Source: an archaeon
GTDB taxonomy: Archaea; Asgardarchaeota; Thorarchaeia; Thorarchaeales; Thorarchaeaceae
DNA: 58,174 bases
Direction: 5' to 3'
Assembly: GCA_024276825.1 (NCBI GenBank)
Contig: JAJRWI010000001.1
Location: 1 to 58,174 of the forward strand
Part shown: one piece after another, positions 28,647-38,472 of the stretch
Layout of the letters: each line of letters begins with the position of its first letter
How positions within the stretch are numbered: the stretch's first letter is position 1
Made by a program: the position numbers and the translations under genes
Notes under the pieces: generated by a model
Databases searched by the model: none
What the model saw: the letters and a program-made list of their open reading frames with translations, nothing else
Told to the model about the DNA's origin: nothing

Positions 28647-29237
28647 TTGAGTGATTTAGCAATGACCGAATATGATGAGACTGCAATGACTAACGAGGAT
28701 GACTCTCTTGATATCGGTGGCCTGTTTCGCGGCACAGCAACGGTGACTTTCGTTATTGAAATTGTCACTGCAATTGTAATGCTGGGTTCTATTGTTGCCC
28801 GAACAATCAGTCTCTCCGGGCTAATTCAAGTGATCGAGATTGATGTTGCGATATTTCTACTTCTTGTGGGCTCGATGATCACTCTGTTCTTCTTTCTGGC
28901 TGCAATTAGTTTCTTTGTCAGATTCAACCGCCGTATTGGTCGATTAATGATCGGCGAGGGAATTGGTAGGGTTAACATGGACAAGCCTGGCGTAAAGTCT
29001 GTGGTCACAATATATGGGATTGCGGTTGGCCTGATTCTCTTCATGGGGATGTATGGTTACTGGCTGTTGTTCAAGTATTATTTGATTAATTTCACAGTGG
29101 ATTCATTAGCCATTACTGTATTCACAATCGCTCTTGGAATATTCATTCTTGCACTACTCATTCAGATTGTCGTGGCTGCTTTAGGTCGAACCGCAACCAC
29201 AATTGTGCGAAAAGTTCTTGCTGAGAATACTGACTAG
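28647..29237 (+). CDS. Hypothetical membrane protein (4 TM)
   Basis: Four hydrophobic helices in a 196-aa ORF. Confidence 0.75.
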   Translation: MSDLAMTEYDETAMTNEDDSLDIGGLFRGTATVTFVIEIVTAIVMLGSIVARTISLSGLIQVIEIDVAIFLLLVGSMITLFFFLAAISFFVRFNRRIGRLMIGEGIGRVNMDKPGVKSVVTIYGIAVGLILFMGMYGYWLLFKYYLINFTVDSLAITVFTIALGIFILALLIQIVVAALGRTATTIVRKVLAENTD

Positions 29238-29324
29238 TCAATTAAGATGCTCACCTAATCAAATTGATAGCATAGTATAGAGAAGATTAAATACATTATA
29301 CTCTCCTCAGCAACTTGGCATACA

Positions 29325-30443
29325 ATGAAAATTCATGCATGGATTCTATCCTACATCATTGGTTTCTCAATAGTTCTTGGAATTTTGATTGAAGAAGCCC
29401 TATCTCTACATTTACCCCAATTTTTGGTAGCGACTCTGGAACTGGTTGGCGGCATCATGCTAATAGGAGGTTCCTGCGAGGCCTTCGTTCTTGCTGTTGA
29501 GGGAATCTCTAGGAATCTGAATCTTACGCCATATGTCAGTGGGATCTATGCAAGTCTTGCATCAACCATTCCTGAACTGTCTGTACTGACCTTTCTCATG
29601 ATTGGTGGACAATATGAACTTGCTTGGGTCTTGGCCCTTGCCACTATATTCATGAACTCTCTTGTATTCTCAATCTATACACTATTTCTTCCAAAGGACA
29701 AGGATGGCAATTACAAGCTTCCAGATGCAATCATGTGGGTTGGCAGCGATCTACTCTCCATGGGTGCTGTGATAAGCCTAGCTGTGGGCCTTTCCATGAT
29801 GATGATCTATGTCTTTATTGACTCAAGCAATGCTGTATTTACTGGTGATGAATTGCTTGTCTTTGGATTGTGTCTAATTGGGGTCTTTATTGCCTATCTT
29901 CAGCGCATTACAAAATACTATGGAAAGCGTGAGATAGTCAATAAGAATGAAGATCAAGATTATCATGGCCATGGTGGACTCACCAAGAAACAAGTGGTCA
30001 TATATGTAACACTTGCCTCGATAGGTGCCCTTTTTGGTGGTGAAGCACTGTCTGGATTTGCTCATTTCTCAACAGAAACTCTTGGAATGAATTTTATTCA
30101 AGCTGCTTTGCTACTGGTAATTTTCGGCGGTACTCCTGAGTATATCATTGTTGCATCCAGTCATTCAAAGAAGCAGATTGAAGTCGCATTGTCAAATGCC
30201 TTTGGCGGGATTGTTCAGGTGTTCTTTGTAATATTTGGATATACACTTCTAGCTGCAGCACTTCTGGGTGGAGAAATACCGATTGAACTGTTCTCAGTGG
30301 TATTGCTGTTCTTCGCATTTCCATCAATGTTCATTTTAAGAGTAATGATCACAGATGATGGTAAAGTGAATAATTTAGAGTCTATTGCAATGATTGCAAT
30401 TTTCATAATGATGCTTTATATGCTGTTGAGATTTGGTGCCTAA
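29325..30443 (+). CDS. Ca2+/cation antiporter (CaCA superfamily)
   Basis: Two alpha-repeats, ASTIPEL...N and GGTPEY...SNAFG. About 11 TM. Confidence 0.82.
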   Translation: MKIHAWILSYIIGFSIVLGILIEEALSLHLPQFLVATLELVGGIMLIGGSCEAFVLAVEGISRNLNLTPYVSGIYASLASTIPELSVLTFLMIGGQYELAWVLALATIFMNSLVFSIYTLFLPKDKDGNYKLPDAIMWVGSDLLSMGAVISLAVGLSMMMIYVFIDSSNAVFTGDELLVFGLCLIGVFIAYLQRITKYYGKREIVNKNEDQDYHGHGGLTKKQVVIYVTLASIGALFGGEALSGFAHFSTETLGMNFIQAALLLVIFGGTPEYIIVASSHSKKQIEVALSNAFGGIVQVFFVIFGYTLLAAALLGGEIPIELFSVVLLFFAFPSMFILRVMITDDGKVNNLESIAMIAIFIMMLYMLLRFGA

Positions 30444-30572
30444 GCCAGTGACTACGCTCCCCTTATTTGAAATGCAAAGTTTGACAACTTTACCCATTCA
30501 GAAAAAGGATGAATATTTCAACAATAATCCTGTGCTTGTCATACAAAGCAATGTATATTAGCACCTATTTTA

Positions 30573-30615
30573 TTAAAGCACGCCGACACAACCAAAATGT
30601 GTCTTAAAGCATGCC
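30573..30615. repeat. 12-bp direct repeats enclosing a 6-bp inverted repeat
   Basis: TTAAAGCACGCC-GACACA-ACCAAAA-TGTGTC-TTAAAGCATGCC. Confidence 0.7.
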
Positions 30616-30648
30616 AAAAATGAGTAACTTCTTTTTGGAAACTTAGGA

Positions 30649-33099
30649 ATGATTAGAATGCAAACAAAAAGAATCTCGCTATTAGTTATGGTGCTATTTC
30701 TTTCAATGACATTTATTCCACTATTGTCGATGACTCCTAGTCGTCAAGTTATACCATCAACATTTATTCAGGACCCAATGTCAAAAGAATTAGCACAAGT
30801 TCAGACTGAAAGAATCAAAGTGCCAGTTATTGCTGATGAATCAGTGATGAATCTCACAGGATCAGATACTAACTTTGCCAATAATGCATACAAAGGTGGA
30901 GTATGGGTTGGACGTGATGCCTTTGATTTTATGGCTCGTGCATGGTTGAAATATAACCTATCACACATTCCTGATGGAATTAATGTTGTGAGTGCGCAGC
31001 TTGTAGGTTTACTATATGATGAATACAACACCCAAGATCTACCAATTGGAGTCTATTACTCTGAAAATGACACTTGGTCTGAAAAGACAATCACATGGAA
31101 CAATCAACCAGCCTTCAATAATGATCCAACTGATGTATACGATACAGGCATTTCACCAGAAATGTTCGTAAATGGTACAACTTACAGGTGGGACATCACC
31201 AATGATGTGATTGCTACACTCTCTGGAAACAAGGTTTTGACTGAAGTGTTGAAACAAGTGAATGAGACAGACCCCCTTGTAACATGGAAATACTTTGTAG
31301 AAAGGGATTACAACGAGTTCAATGCCACCTATATTGAGATTGAATATGAAGTTCCTGAAATAGGTCAAGTCACTGTCGATGGCCATTCATCAGCACCACT
31401 GATTAATTATATTCAGAGTGACACCCCAACTTTTGAATGGACCCTTGCCAACACTGGCACTGGTGTTCAGAAAGACTACGAGTTGGAAGTGTGGTCCAAT
31501 GAGTTCTATAATGAAACCAAACTGATGGGTGTAGGAGGAAGTGAGGTCAGTGATGTGTCCTCAACAGGATCTACCACTAACAGCAGACCCTTTGGTACAG
31601 ATTTAGAGATGAGATTCCAGTTTAAGTATATGCATGACCTGTTTCAGCGCTCTGGTCTAATAGACAAGCTGATCTTCAGTGTTGATGAAGAGGATGGCAC
31701 AGCAATATTTGAGAATCTTGATATCTACTTATTATCTGTTCAGAACTCAAGTGCTCTGACTGACGACTTTCAAGCAAACTATGACGGAAGAGTCCCTGTT
31801 AATGTTCTCCATCGAGAAACGTACTCAACCTCTGTTGAGAATGGTGCCATCATATTCGACATAGAAAACACCTTTGTTCTAAATCGATTGGATAATCTCA
31901 TAATTGAGTTTCAATTCGATGGCAACACAGGCGATTTACTAAATTCACTACTCCAATATAATGCTAATGGATCGGTAGCTTATCGATATGATGAAGGTGC
32001 TCGAACAAACAATACAGCTGTTTACACTTTTTCCAGACTTCATAATATGAAACTGGCATTTGCAAGTGATGCGGTCTATGATACTGGTGTGACTATCGAG
32101 AATTACTTTCCGTTTGGTGTTGATGAAGGAACTGAAGGAACAATCCAGTTCAAATATAATGCCTCTTTATTCAATGAGAAAGGAACGATTGATCGACTAT
32201 TCTTCTTTACTAGCGATACTGAAAGTGATGTGATCTTCGAAGACTTTGTGCTAAAGCTTCTCGAGACCCCAGTTACTGGATGGATTACTGCTGATGACTT
32301 CACCTATGCATATGGTGGTCTAGAACCACAGGTCATGATTCATGAAGAACAATATGTGATTCATAATCAAAATGGTCAGATCATAATTGACCTACCAAAT
32401 AACTTCTACTATCACGGAGAAAATGATCTGTTGATTGAGATGAGTTGGTCATCAAGGTCAGGACCTCGGATGCCCGCACTTAGAGACACCACTGGTACAG
32501 CATATCGAGCTTTTAATCTGACTTACGGTCTCTCTAATTTTGTGGGCAACTCTACCAATGGGCTCCTTATGCAAGTGGAATTCATTGACTCAACAACATC
32601 AATTCAATATTCAGGTCCTGCTTTTGTCAATGGCACAACCTATTACATGCGTGTACGCTCAGCAAACCAACTGGGAATATGGAGTGATTGGTTCTCAATG
32701 AGCTTCACATATGCTCCATTGTCAAGCGCGCCAGAATTTGATAATCTGAACTATCCTGCATCAATCAATGCTAGTGAGAGTGCATATGTATCAATCGATG
32801 TGACGTATTTCCTTGGCATCAATCAAGTCTTATTTGAGATCGATAGTGCAAACCACACAATGCTCGCAGATGCTGGCACTTATTCCTATGAATGGTCAAC
32901 ATCAACAGCTGGGAATTACACATTCACAATTTACATGGAAAGCTCTATTGGTACGTGGAGTAATACAACCGGTTTGATTGAAGTCTTGGAACCTTCAGGT
33001 GGAAACGGATCTTTGCCTTCAAACATGCTGCTGTATATCCTCATTGGTGCAATTGCTGTTGTGATAGTCATCATAATAGTAAAGAAACGCGGTAAATAG
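30649..33099 (+). CDS. Large membrane-anchored surface protein (DNRLRE/CBM96-like domain, two internal repeats, Fn3/Ig-like domains)
   Basis: Signal peptide, ARAWLKYNLS-x-IP...VSAQL...WSEKTITWNNQP, many N-x-S/T sequons, C-terminal TM followed by KKRGK. Confidence 0.8.
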   Translation: MIRMQTKRISLLVMVLFLSMTFIPLLSMTPSRQVIPSTFIQDPMSKELAQVQTERIKVPVIADESVMNLTGSDTNFANNAYKGGVWVGRDAFDFMARAWLKYNLSHIPDGINVVSAQLVGLLYDEYNTQDLPIGVYYSENDTWSEKTITWNNQPAFNNDPTDVYDTGISPEMFVNGTTYRWDITNDVIATLSGNKVLTEVLKQVNETDPLVTWKYFVERDYNEFNATYIEIEYEVPEIGQVTVDGHSSAPLINYIQSDTPTFEWTLANTGTGVQKDYELEVWSNEFYNETKLMGVGGSEVSDVSSTGSTTNSRPFGTDLEMRFQFKYMHDLFQRSGLIDKLIFSVDEEDGTAIFENLDIYLLSVQNSSALTDDFQANYDGRVPVNVLHRETYSTSVENGAIIFDIENTFVLNRLDNLIIEFQFDGNTGDLLNSLLQYNANGSVAYRYDEGARTNNTAVYTFSRLHNMKLAFASDAVYDTGVTIENYFPFGVDEGTEGTIQFKYNASLFNEKGTIDRLFFFTSDTESDVIFEDFVLKLLETPVTGWITADDFTYAYGGLEPQVMIHEEQYVIHNQNGQIIIDLPNNFYYHGENDLLIEMSWSSRSGPRMPALRDTTGTAYRAFNLTYGLSNFVGNSTNGLLMQVEFIDSTTSIQYSGPAFVNGTTYYMRVRSANQLGIWSDWFSMSFTYAPLSSAPEFDNLNYPASINASESAYVSIDVTYFLGINQVLFEIDSANHTMLADAGTYSYEWSTSTAGNYTFTIYMESSIGTWSNTTGLIEVLEPSGGNGSLPSNMLLYILIGAIAVVIVIIIVKKRGK

Positions 33100-33112
33100 T
33101 ATATTAATAAGG

Positions 33113-33146
33113 TGCCATCTTGGGTGGCCCCTTTTTCTTCTTTTTT
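33113..33146 (+). terminator. Hairpin plus T-tract after the surface-protein gene
   Basis: GCCATC-TTG-GGTGGC followed by CTTTTTCTTCTTTTTT. Confidence 0.5.
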
Positions 33147-33393
33147 AATAGTGCGTATATTCTCCGATGAACTGTATTTTGATGATTGCTGATTGCACGA
33201 TGAACTCGTCTGGTTCCTTGTCAGACTGATGTTTCACTGCAACAATATTGTCACCAACATAAGCAACTACACCTTCTGCCAAAATGATCATATTGGCCCC
33301 ATAGAATCTCACTCTTGTCTGCGTTTGACTTGCTTTTTCCAATACCTCTCGTAATGTCTTTTTTCCCAAGAGTTCGTTCATATTTCTTATCAT
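33145..33393 (-). CDS. Small hypothetical protein, possible Sm-like beta fold
   Basis: RVRFY...EGVVAYVGDNIVAV...FIVQSAIIKI beta-strand pattern. Confidence 0.6.
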   Translation of the reverse strand: MIRNMNELLGKKTLREVLEKASQTQTRVRFYGANMIILAEGVVAYVGDNIVAVKHQSDKEPDEFIVQSAIIKIQFIGEYTHY

Positions 33394-33524
33394 GATTTCT
33401 TTGCACTTATATTTTGCAGATTAACTAATTCCTTTAATTTGGACTCTTAAAGTCCTCAGCTCCTTGATTAATACACTCACAATATTGTTTTATTTCCTGC
33501 TGATTAAGTTCCAAAGGAATACTC

Positions 33525-34586
33525 ATGCAATCTCCTGAACTAGTCCCACCATTGATAATAACCGCAATTATGGCAATTATCACCCTGATAATTATTTTAA
33601 GATCCTTTCTAAAGAACAGAATGACCCCTTCATTGTTTTACTCGCTTGCCATTATATCCTTCACGGGACTTGCGATAGATCAAGTGCTAGATCAGACATA
33701 TCAGCCCTTCAGGCAATCTCAAATCATCATCGATGGTGTGTTTCATTGGACTTCAAACCTGCTGCTAGCAATATTCGCGGTGGCTGGATTTATTTTCTGG
33801 TATCTTGCTATTATCTTCTCACAATACGAAGTTCCGCCCAGAAGAGTCTTGATTCTATTCTTCCTGGCCGGAGGCATAATATTCGCTGAGATTGCAAACA
33901 ATGACTGGACGGGTGTTGTCCCATTTTTGATTCAGACAATAGCCTTATTCATGATGACTGGCGAGGTGATTAATTACGCTCGAAAAGTGATTAAATCAAC
34001 TGATGTGAGTGAACACAAACTTCTCTATGCTTATTTCACCGGATACCTGCTTTGGATTATGGCCCTTCCTCTGGGAGTGATTCTTGTTAATATTCCCGGC
34101 TTTCCCACAATCCTTCGAAATATGTGGGTTTTTCCATTTACTGGGGGTCTCATGATGATCTCCTATGCTGTTGCTAAAGATCCAAGAGTCCTTTTTATCA
34201 GTGATGCAAAGCCTTTGGACATTTTGATATTTAGCAAGAACCAGTCCCTATTAGTCGTTCATCGTTTCAATGACTATCCAGGCGCAGTGGATCCCGAGCT
34301 GATGGGTTCTGCAATGTCTGGAGTCATCACCTTAATGAAGGAGATGCTTGCTAGTGGCAAACGTTTATTGCGAGTAGACCATGGTGATGTAAACATTCTT
34401 GTAGAAAATGGCAAGCATTCTACATTCTTGCTGATTGCAACTCAAGAAACTTCTCGATTCAGGCAAATGCTACGAAATGCCCTTTGGGAATTTGAGGTGA
34501 ACTATCAGGAGGAGCTGGAATCAGATACGCCCGTGATTTCAAACTATTTCACATTCACCCAACGTCTGGAGGAGATGTTTCTCTGA
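33525..34586 (+). CDS. About 7-TM membrane protein fused to a C-terminal longin-like domain
   Basis: Hydrophobic N-terminal ~230 aa, then DILIFSKNQSLLVVHRF...DPELMGSAMSGV...VDHGDVNILVENG...LWEFE. Confidence 0.75.
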   Translation: MQSPELVPPLIITAIMAIITLIIILRSFLKNRMTPSLFYSLAIISFTGLAIDQVLDQTYQPFRQSQIIIDGVFHWTSNLLLAIFAVAGFIFWYLAIIFSQYEVPPRRVLILFFLAGGIIFAEIANNDWTGVVPFLIQTIALFMMTGEVINYARKVIKSTDVSEHKLLYAYFTGYLLWIMALPLGVILVNIPGFPTILRNMWVFPFTGGLMMISYAVAKDPRVLFISDAKPLDILIFSKNQSLLVVHRFNDYPGAVDPELMGSAMSGVITLMKEMLASGKRLLRVDHGDVNILVENGKHSTFLLIATQETSRFRQMLRNALWEFEVNYQEELESDTPVISNYFTFTQRLEEMFL

Positions 34587-34686
34587 CTTGATTGGTGTGA
34601 TTTGATACACAACCAGATTCAAGTCTATGTTCGTCGAATAATCACACTAGCAATGCGTTGAAAGACACGGATTATGGAGAGATATA

Positions 34687-34811
34687 ATTGACTAGAGATG
34701 CCACATATTGTATGTTGGCTATCATTGCATCTTTAGTCAATCCGGGCGTCCAGACTAACCTTAGACTTCCGAGTCAAGCACGCCAGTCTTGTTCTTCTCG
34801 ACTGGACGCCC
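34687..34811 (+). ncRNA. Candidate structured RNA/DNA element (two adjacent long stems)
   Basis: 15-bp stem 34687-34701/34727-34741 with one G-U pair; perfect 10-bp stem 34744-34753/34802-34811 with internal hairpins. Confidence 0.45.
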
Positions 34812-34948
34812 AACCAATATTATTGCAGTGAAAGGCCTTTAGATTTATGGGCTATATTTATGCATGAAAATTAAGCCGGTGGAGAAATGCCTCATTTTTA
34901 AAATGTTAATGGGTGACTCAATTCACTCATCTCTTAATTACAATATTA

Positions 34949-36520
34949 TCATGCTTTTCTCAAATACACATTAAATATAACCCCTTTTCTCCATTGCCCA
35001 ACTAAAAGGTCCTTGACGTCTATCTTACCTTTTGAGGTTACAATTATGGCATGAATTAATGACAGGTTCAGCCCGATTTGACTAGTATGGATCCCCATAT
35101 GTTGTTTCATGAGCTCTTTCTTTATATCATCGGAAATCCCCACTTCCCGACTTATAATTGATATCAACACATATTTTCCTTTCAATTTTGTCTGAATAGA
35201 AATAGTAGACGAATTCACTTTATTATTATTCGAAGATATTAAAAAGCACAAAATTCTATAGAAGCCCTCTTCTATTGATTCAACTGCCTGTATAGATGTA
35301 CCATTTGGATGCATATATGATGCATTAATAACAACAGATGGAAATTGCTCTTTGACTCTCTTTTCAACTGATTTAAGCATTGAAGATAAATCAATAGCAA
35401 TTAACTTCACTCTCCCTGTTGATAAGAGCTCAATTTTCGAATAATCTGAAACCAAATCAATCGCTCTTTCAACTTCGGCCAATGCAACTTCAACCATTTC
35501 ACATTCAAGGGGACTTTGAGACATGTTCTCATTAAGAATTTCCAGACTAGTATACAATCCCTGTCCAATATTTCTCAGGTCATGTTTGAAAATATCACTA
35601 AGAAGTTTAATTTGCCTAGTAGTGTTTTCGACTTTTATTCTTAATGACCAATTCCACGCAAACACAACAATTGCTCCTACGAACGAAACAAAAAGCCCAA
35701 CACGTGCAAGTTCAAAAGCTTGTAAGAGTTCACTATTATTATTTGAGAACAGATATTCTCCGAACCATTGTTTCAAGATCTGATCAAATTCACCTGATTT
35801 TTTCATAACAGACAATGCATAATTAATCTGGTCCAACAAGATTGTATTTCCTTTTGCAACTGCAATGACTCTAAATCCAATAGCAACGGGAGCTCCAATC
35901 ATCTTCACATTGGTTATCGAGTTGTTTAAAACTGCAAAAGCTCCTGCATATTGGTTGCAAAATGCCGCCATCACTTCGCCCTCGCTAACAAGTTTGATTG
36001 CATCTTCCTGAGTGTCCACTTGCACAATTGTTGCATTGGGATTCAGTTCTTGAAGTTTTGAGTATGCAATGTCACCTGCTTGAACCGCTACAGTGTGCCC
36101 TGATAGGTCATCAATGCTCATGATACCACTAACTTCATCTCTCACAAAAATACGCAAGGAAAGGTTTAGAATTGGTTGACTGAAATCAAAATCGAGGTTC
36201 CGTTCAGATGATGCAGACATGAATAAGACATCAACTGTTCCATTCTGTAAACTTTCTAAGGCATGTTGCCACTCTAATGGCACCCACACAATTTCTTTAT
36301 GAAGAATCCGTGCAACAGCGCGGATTATATCGGGGTTGAATCCTTTAGCAGTTCCGTCACTCCACCATTCATGTGGTGCAAAATCACGATCCAGGCCCAC
36401 AACTAAGACATCAGATGAATTGCTTTGAAGAGATGTTCCATTATCAACTAAGAACTGAAAGACACATAATGTGACTATTGTGATGAAACATATTCTTCTA
36501 ACCCACGATACTTTTACCAT
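34949..36520 (-). CDS. Polar amino-acid-binding (SBP family 3) sensor fused to a degenerate histidine kinase
   Basis: DRDFAPHE...GFNPDI...ERNLDFDFSQP periplasmic domain, TM helix, H-box FKHDLRN, eroded HATPase. Confidence 0.85.
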   Translation of the reverse strand: MVKVSWVRRICFITIVTLCVFQFLVDNGTSLQSNSSDVLVVGLDRDFAPHEWWSDGTAKGFNPDIIRAVARILHKEIVWVPLEWQHALESLQNGTVDVLFMSASSERNLDFDFSQPILNLSLRIFVRDEVSGIMSIDDLSGHTVAVQAGDIAYSKLQELNPNATIVQVDTQEDAIKLVSEGEVMAAFCNQYAGAFAVLNNSITNVKMIGAPVAIGFRVIAVAKGNTILLDQINYALSVMKKSGEFDQILKQWFGEYLFSNNNSELLQAFELARVGLFVSFVGAIVVFAWNWSLRIKVENTTRQIKLLSDIFKHDLRNIGQGLYTSLEILNENMSQSPLECEMVEVALAEVERAIDLVSDYSKIELLSTGRVKLIAIDLSSMLKSVEKRVKEQFPSVVINASYMHPNGTSIQAVESIEEGFYRILCFLISSNNNKVNSSTISIQTKLKGKYVLISIISREVGISDDIKKELMKQHMGIHTSQIGLNLSLIHAIIVTSKGKIDVKDLLVGQWRKGVIFNVYLRKA

Positions 36521-36742
36521 GCAATTACCTCACCTATCACCAAGAATTGCTGTGTTCAACTCACAAATTAGTCTTGTTCATGCTTCCTTTTCATGCCTCA
36601 CTATAGTCATTGTGAGTTATTTGAAAGCCTTCATGTTACTAATGTGACGCAATCTCTTCAGGTTCATTCTTGGCGGATATGTCTGAAGATCATTACTTAA
36701 AGGTGAGAATAGAAGTATTATGAAATTTAGATGTTCCTGTTT

Positions 36743-37096
36743 TTATGTGCTTGATAATGATGCCCCACACTTAGCACAATATTTGGCATCAACATTTGAA
36801 ACGGGTGCCCCACAATAAGGGCAGAACCTTGAAGCATTATGAACCACTGATGAAGCGGGAGTTATTGTTCCAGTTTGTGATGATGAAGTGGGATATGACG
36901 ACACAGGTATTGGTTCTGAAGTCTTCTTTCGCGAATTGGCAAGAATGATCACACCAAGAATAATCATTCCCGTCAAAACAAGTGCTGCTTGATCTGTTTG
37001 CATAGCAGGTTCATCAGTACCGAATAACAAAGCCATAATCGGAGCTATGATTAGTATGAGCCCCACGCATGTGCCTCCACTTGACTGCTGTGACAT
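36743..37096 (-). CDS. Two-TM protein with C-terminal zinc ribbon
   Basis: FCPYCG...YCAKCG after a Ser/Thr-rich linker. Confidence 0.8.
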   Translation of the reverse strand: MSQQSSGGTCVGLILIIAPIMALLFGTDEPAMQTDQAALVLTGMIILGVIILANSRKKTSEPIPVSSYPTSSSQTGTITPASSVVHNASRFCPYCGAPVSNVDAKYCAKCGASLSST

Positions 37097-37255
37097 TATG
37101 TTTCAATCCATTAAGTTAGTTAACCATTCTTTTTGATTTCATATTGAAATTCAATTGATTTAAGACTGCAATCTATTGAATATTAAATGAATTTGGATTG
37201 GAACTCTTATAACTATTGTTTAATAGCACCGATTTTTTTTATTCATAACCACGAA

Positions 37256-37789
37256 TTAAATTATTCTAACAGTAAACAGCATAAACAAGATACAGGTATA
37301 TGAGAATAAACAGAATGATTTTAATGATATCCTGCTAAGAGAGTTCGCGGTATGAAAATCCGCATCCGCCATGACCATGAAATAGTCTTCACCAGATGGG
37401 CGACCCATTTGTCTGTTTAAAATAAATGTTCCAGTTGAACCATATGTATTGTAGAAGGCACCAATTACTGGTCCTCTGATTTCTAGGAGCTCAGAGCCAA
37501 TTCTGATCAACCCATTTAGAACTCTCCACTTGCTCTTTGTGGAGTCATGATGTGCTAGCTTGAAAAATCCATGCTGGATAAGAAACCAGTCGAGTGACAC
37601 CTTAGGGAGCTAAATATTCGTCATTCTGTTTAAAGGATGTGTGCTTCTTTCAATCCTATCAAGTATATTCGCGATTCGATCTAACATGTCCATGGAGAAA
37701 TGTTTGAATGGCTTGAGATGTTGAGTAGTAGGAAGTGTGGAAAATTGATGTCTGAGTTCATCAATTTTAATCCGGTTTTGTATAACCAA
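37256..37789 (-). pseudogene. Possible ORF interrupted by a single in-frame TAG
   Basis: Frame is open from TTG at 37789, TAG at 37612-37610, then continues in frame into ORF 37256..37600. Confidence 0.35.
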
Positions 37790-37797
37790 TTTCTCAT

Positions 37798-38199
37798 CTA
37801 ATAAAAGACGAGTGATTTTGTATCCACTCTCCTCGATGCTACTTGCATAGCGTTCTTAGCAATAATACGGAGAATATCCAAACAATCATTCTGACACCCT
37901 TTCTCTTGTTGGATGCACTTAATACATATTTCAAGATCAGAAGCAAACTCCGATGGCGTTTTTGCCAACTCGGTATATGCTGCTTCCGCAGTGATCCTTG
38001 AAAAAGAATCAATTCTGATTTTGGGGTCAGTGTAACTCCTAGCTCCTAAGATGAGATTCTTTAGTACATTGATAATACGATCTCTGGTTACCGAAGAAGA
38101 TTTCCCTTTTGTTTGATATTCATCAAGGTAATCAGAGATGGCACCAGTGATATCCATACCTCTCATAGCATCTTTTGAGATCATCCAGATACTAGCCAT
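37798..38199 (-). CDS. Hypothetical alpha-helical protein
   Basis: 133-aa ORF, ATG start, GGGA upstream. Confidence 0.6.
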   Translation of the reverse strand: MASIWMISKDAMRGMDITGAISDYLDEYQTKGKSSSVTRDRIINVLKNLILGARSYTDPKIRIDSFSRITAEAAYTELAKTPSEFASDLEICIKCIQQEKGCQNDCLDILRIIAKNAMQVASRRVDTKSLVFY

Positions 38200-38472
38200 A
38201 GAAACTATTCCCTATTCCATTAGTTATTAATATCCCTAATAGGCTCATCGAATTAAGAGATTGATAACATCTTAGGCTTTTGCAATTGTTTTTCTTTTTT
38301 CTTATATGAATCGAATGATAATCGGAGGCTTTTAGCTTTTTCCAAGTAGCCAATACTATAGGAAGATTTCCAACCTTTGCTTCATTTACGGAGGTACTTA
38401 ATTTGACAGTAAACAATATTTACATTGCTCTCTATCATCGGAATGTCCAAGACAGCATGGCGAGGCGAACTA

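Noticed and set aside
34687-34811. SECIS element, tRNA or H/ACA guide as the identity of the structured element
   Set aside because: No AUGA/GA quartet, cloverleaf or correctly placed ACA box. Reading through the upstream gene's TGA gives nothing recognisable.
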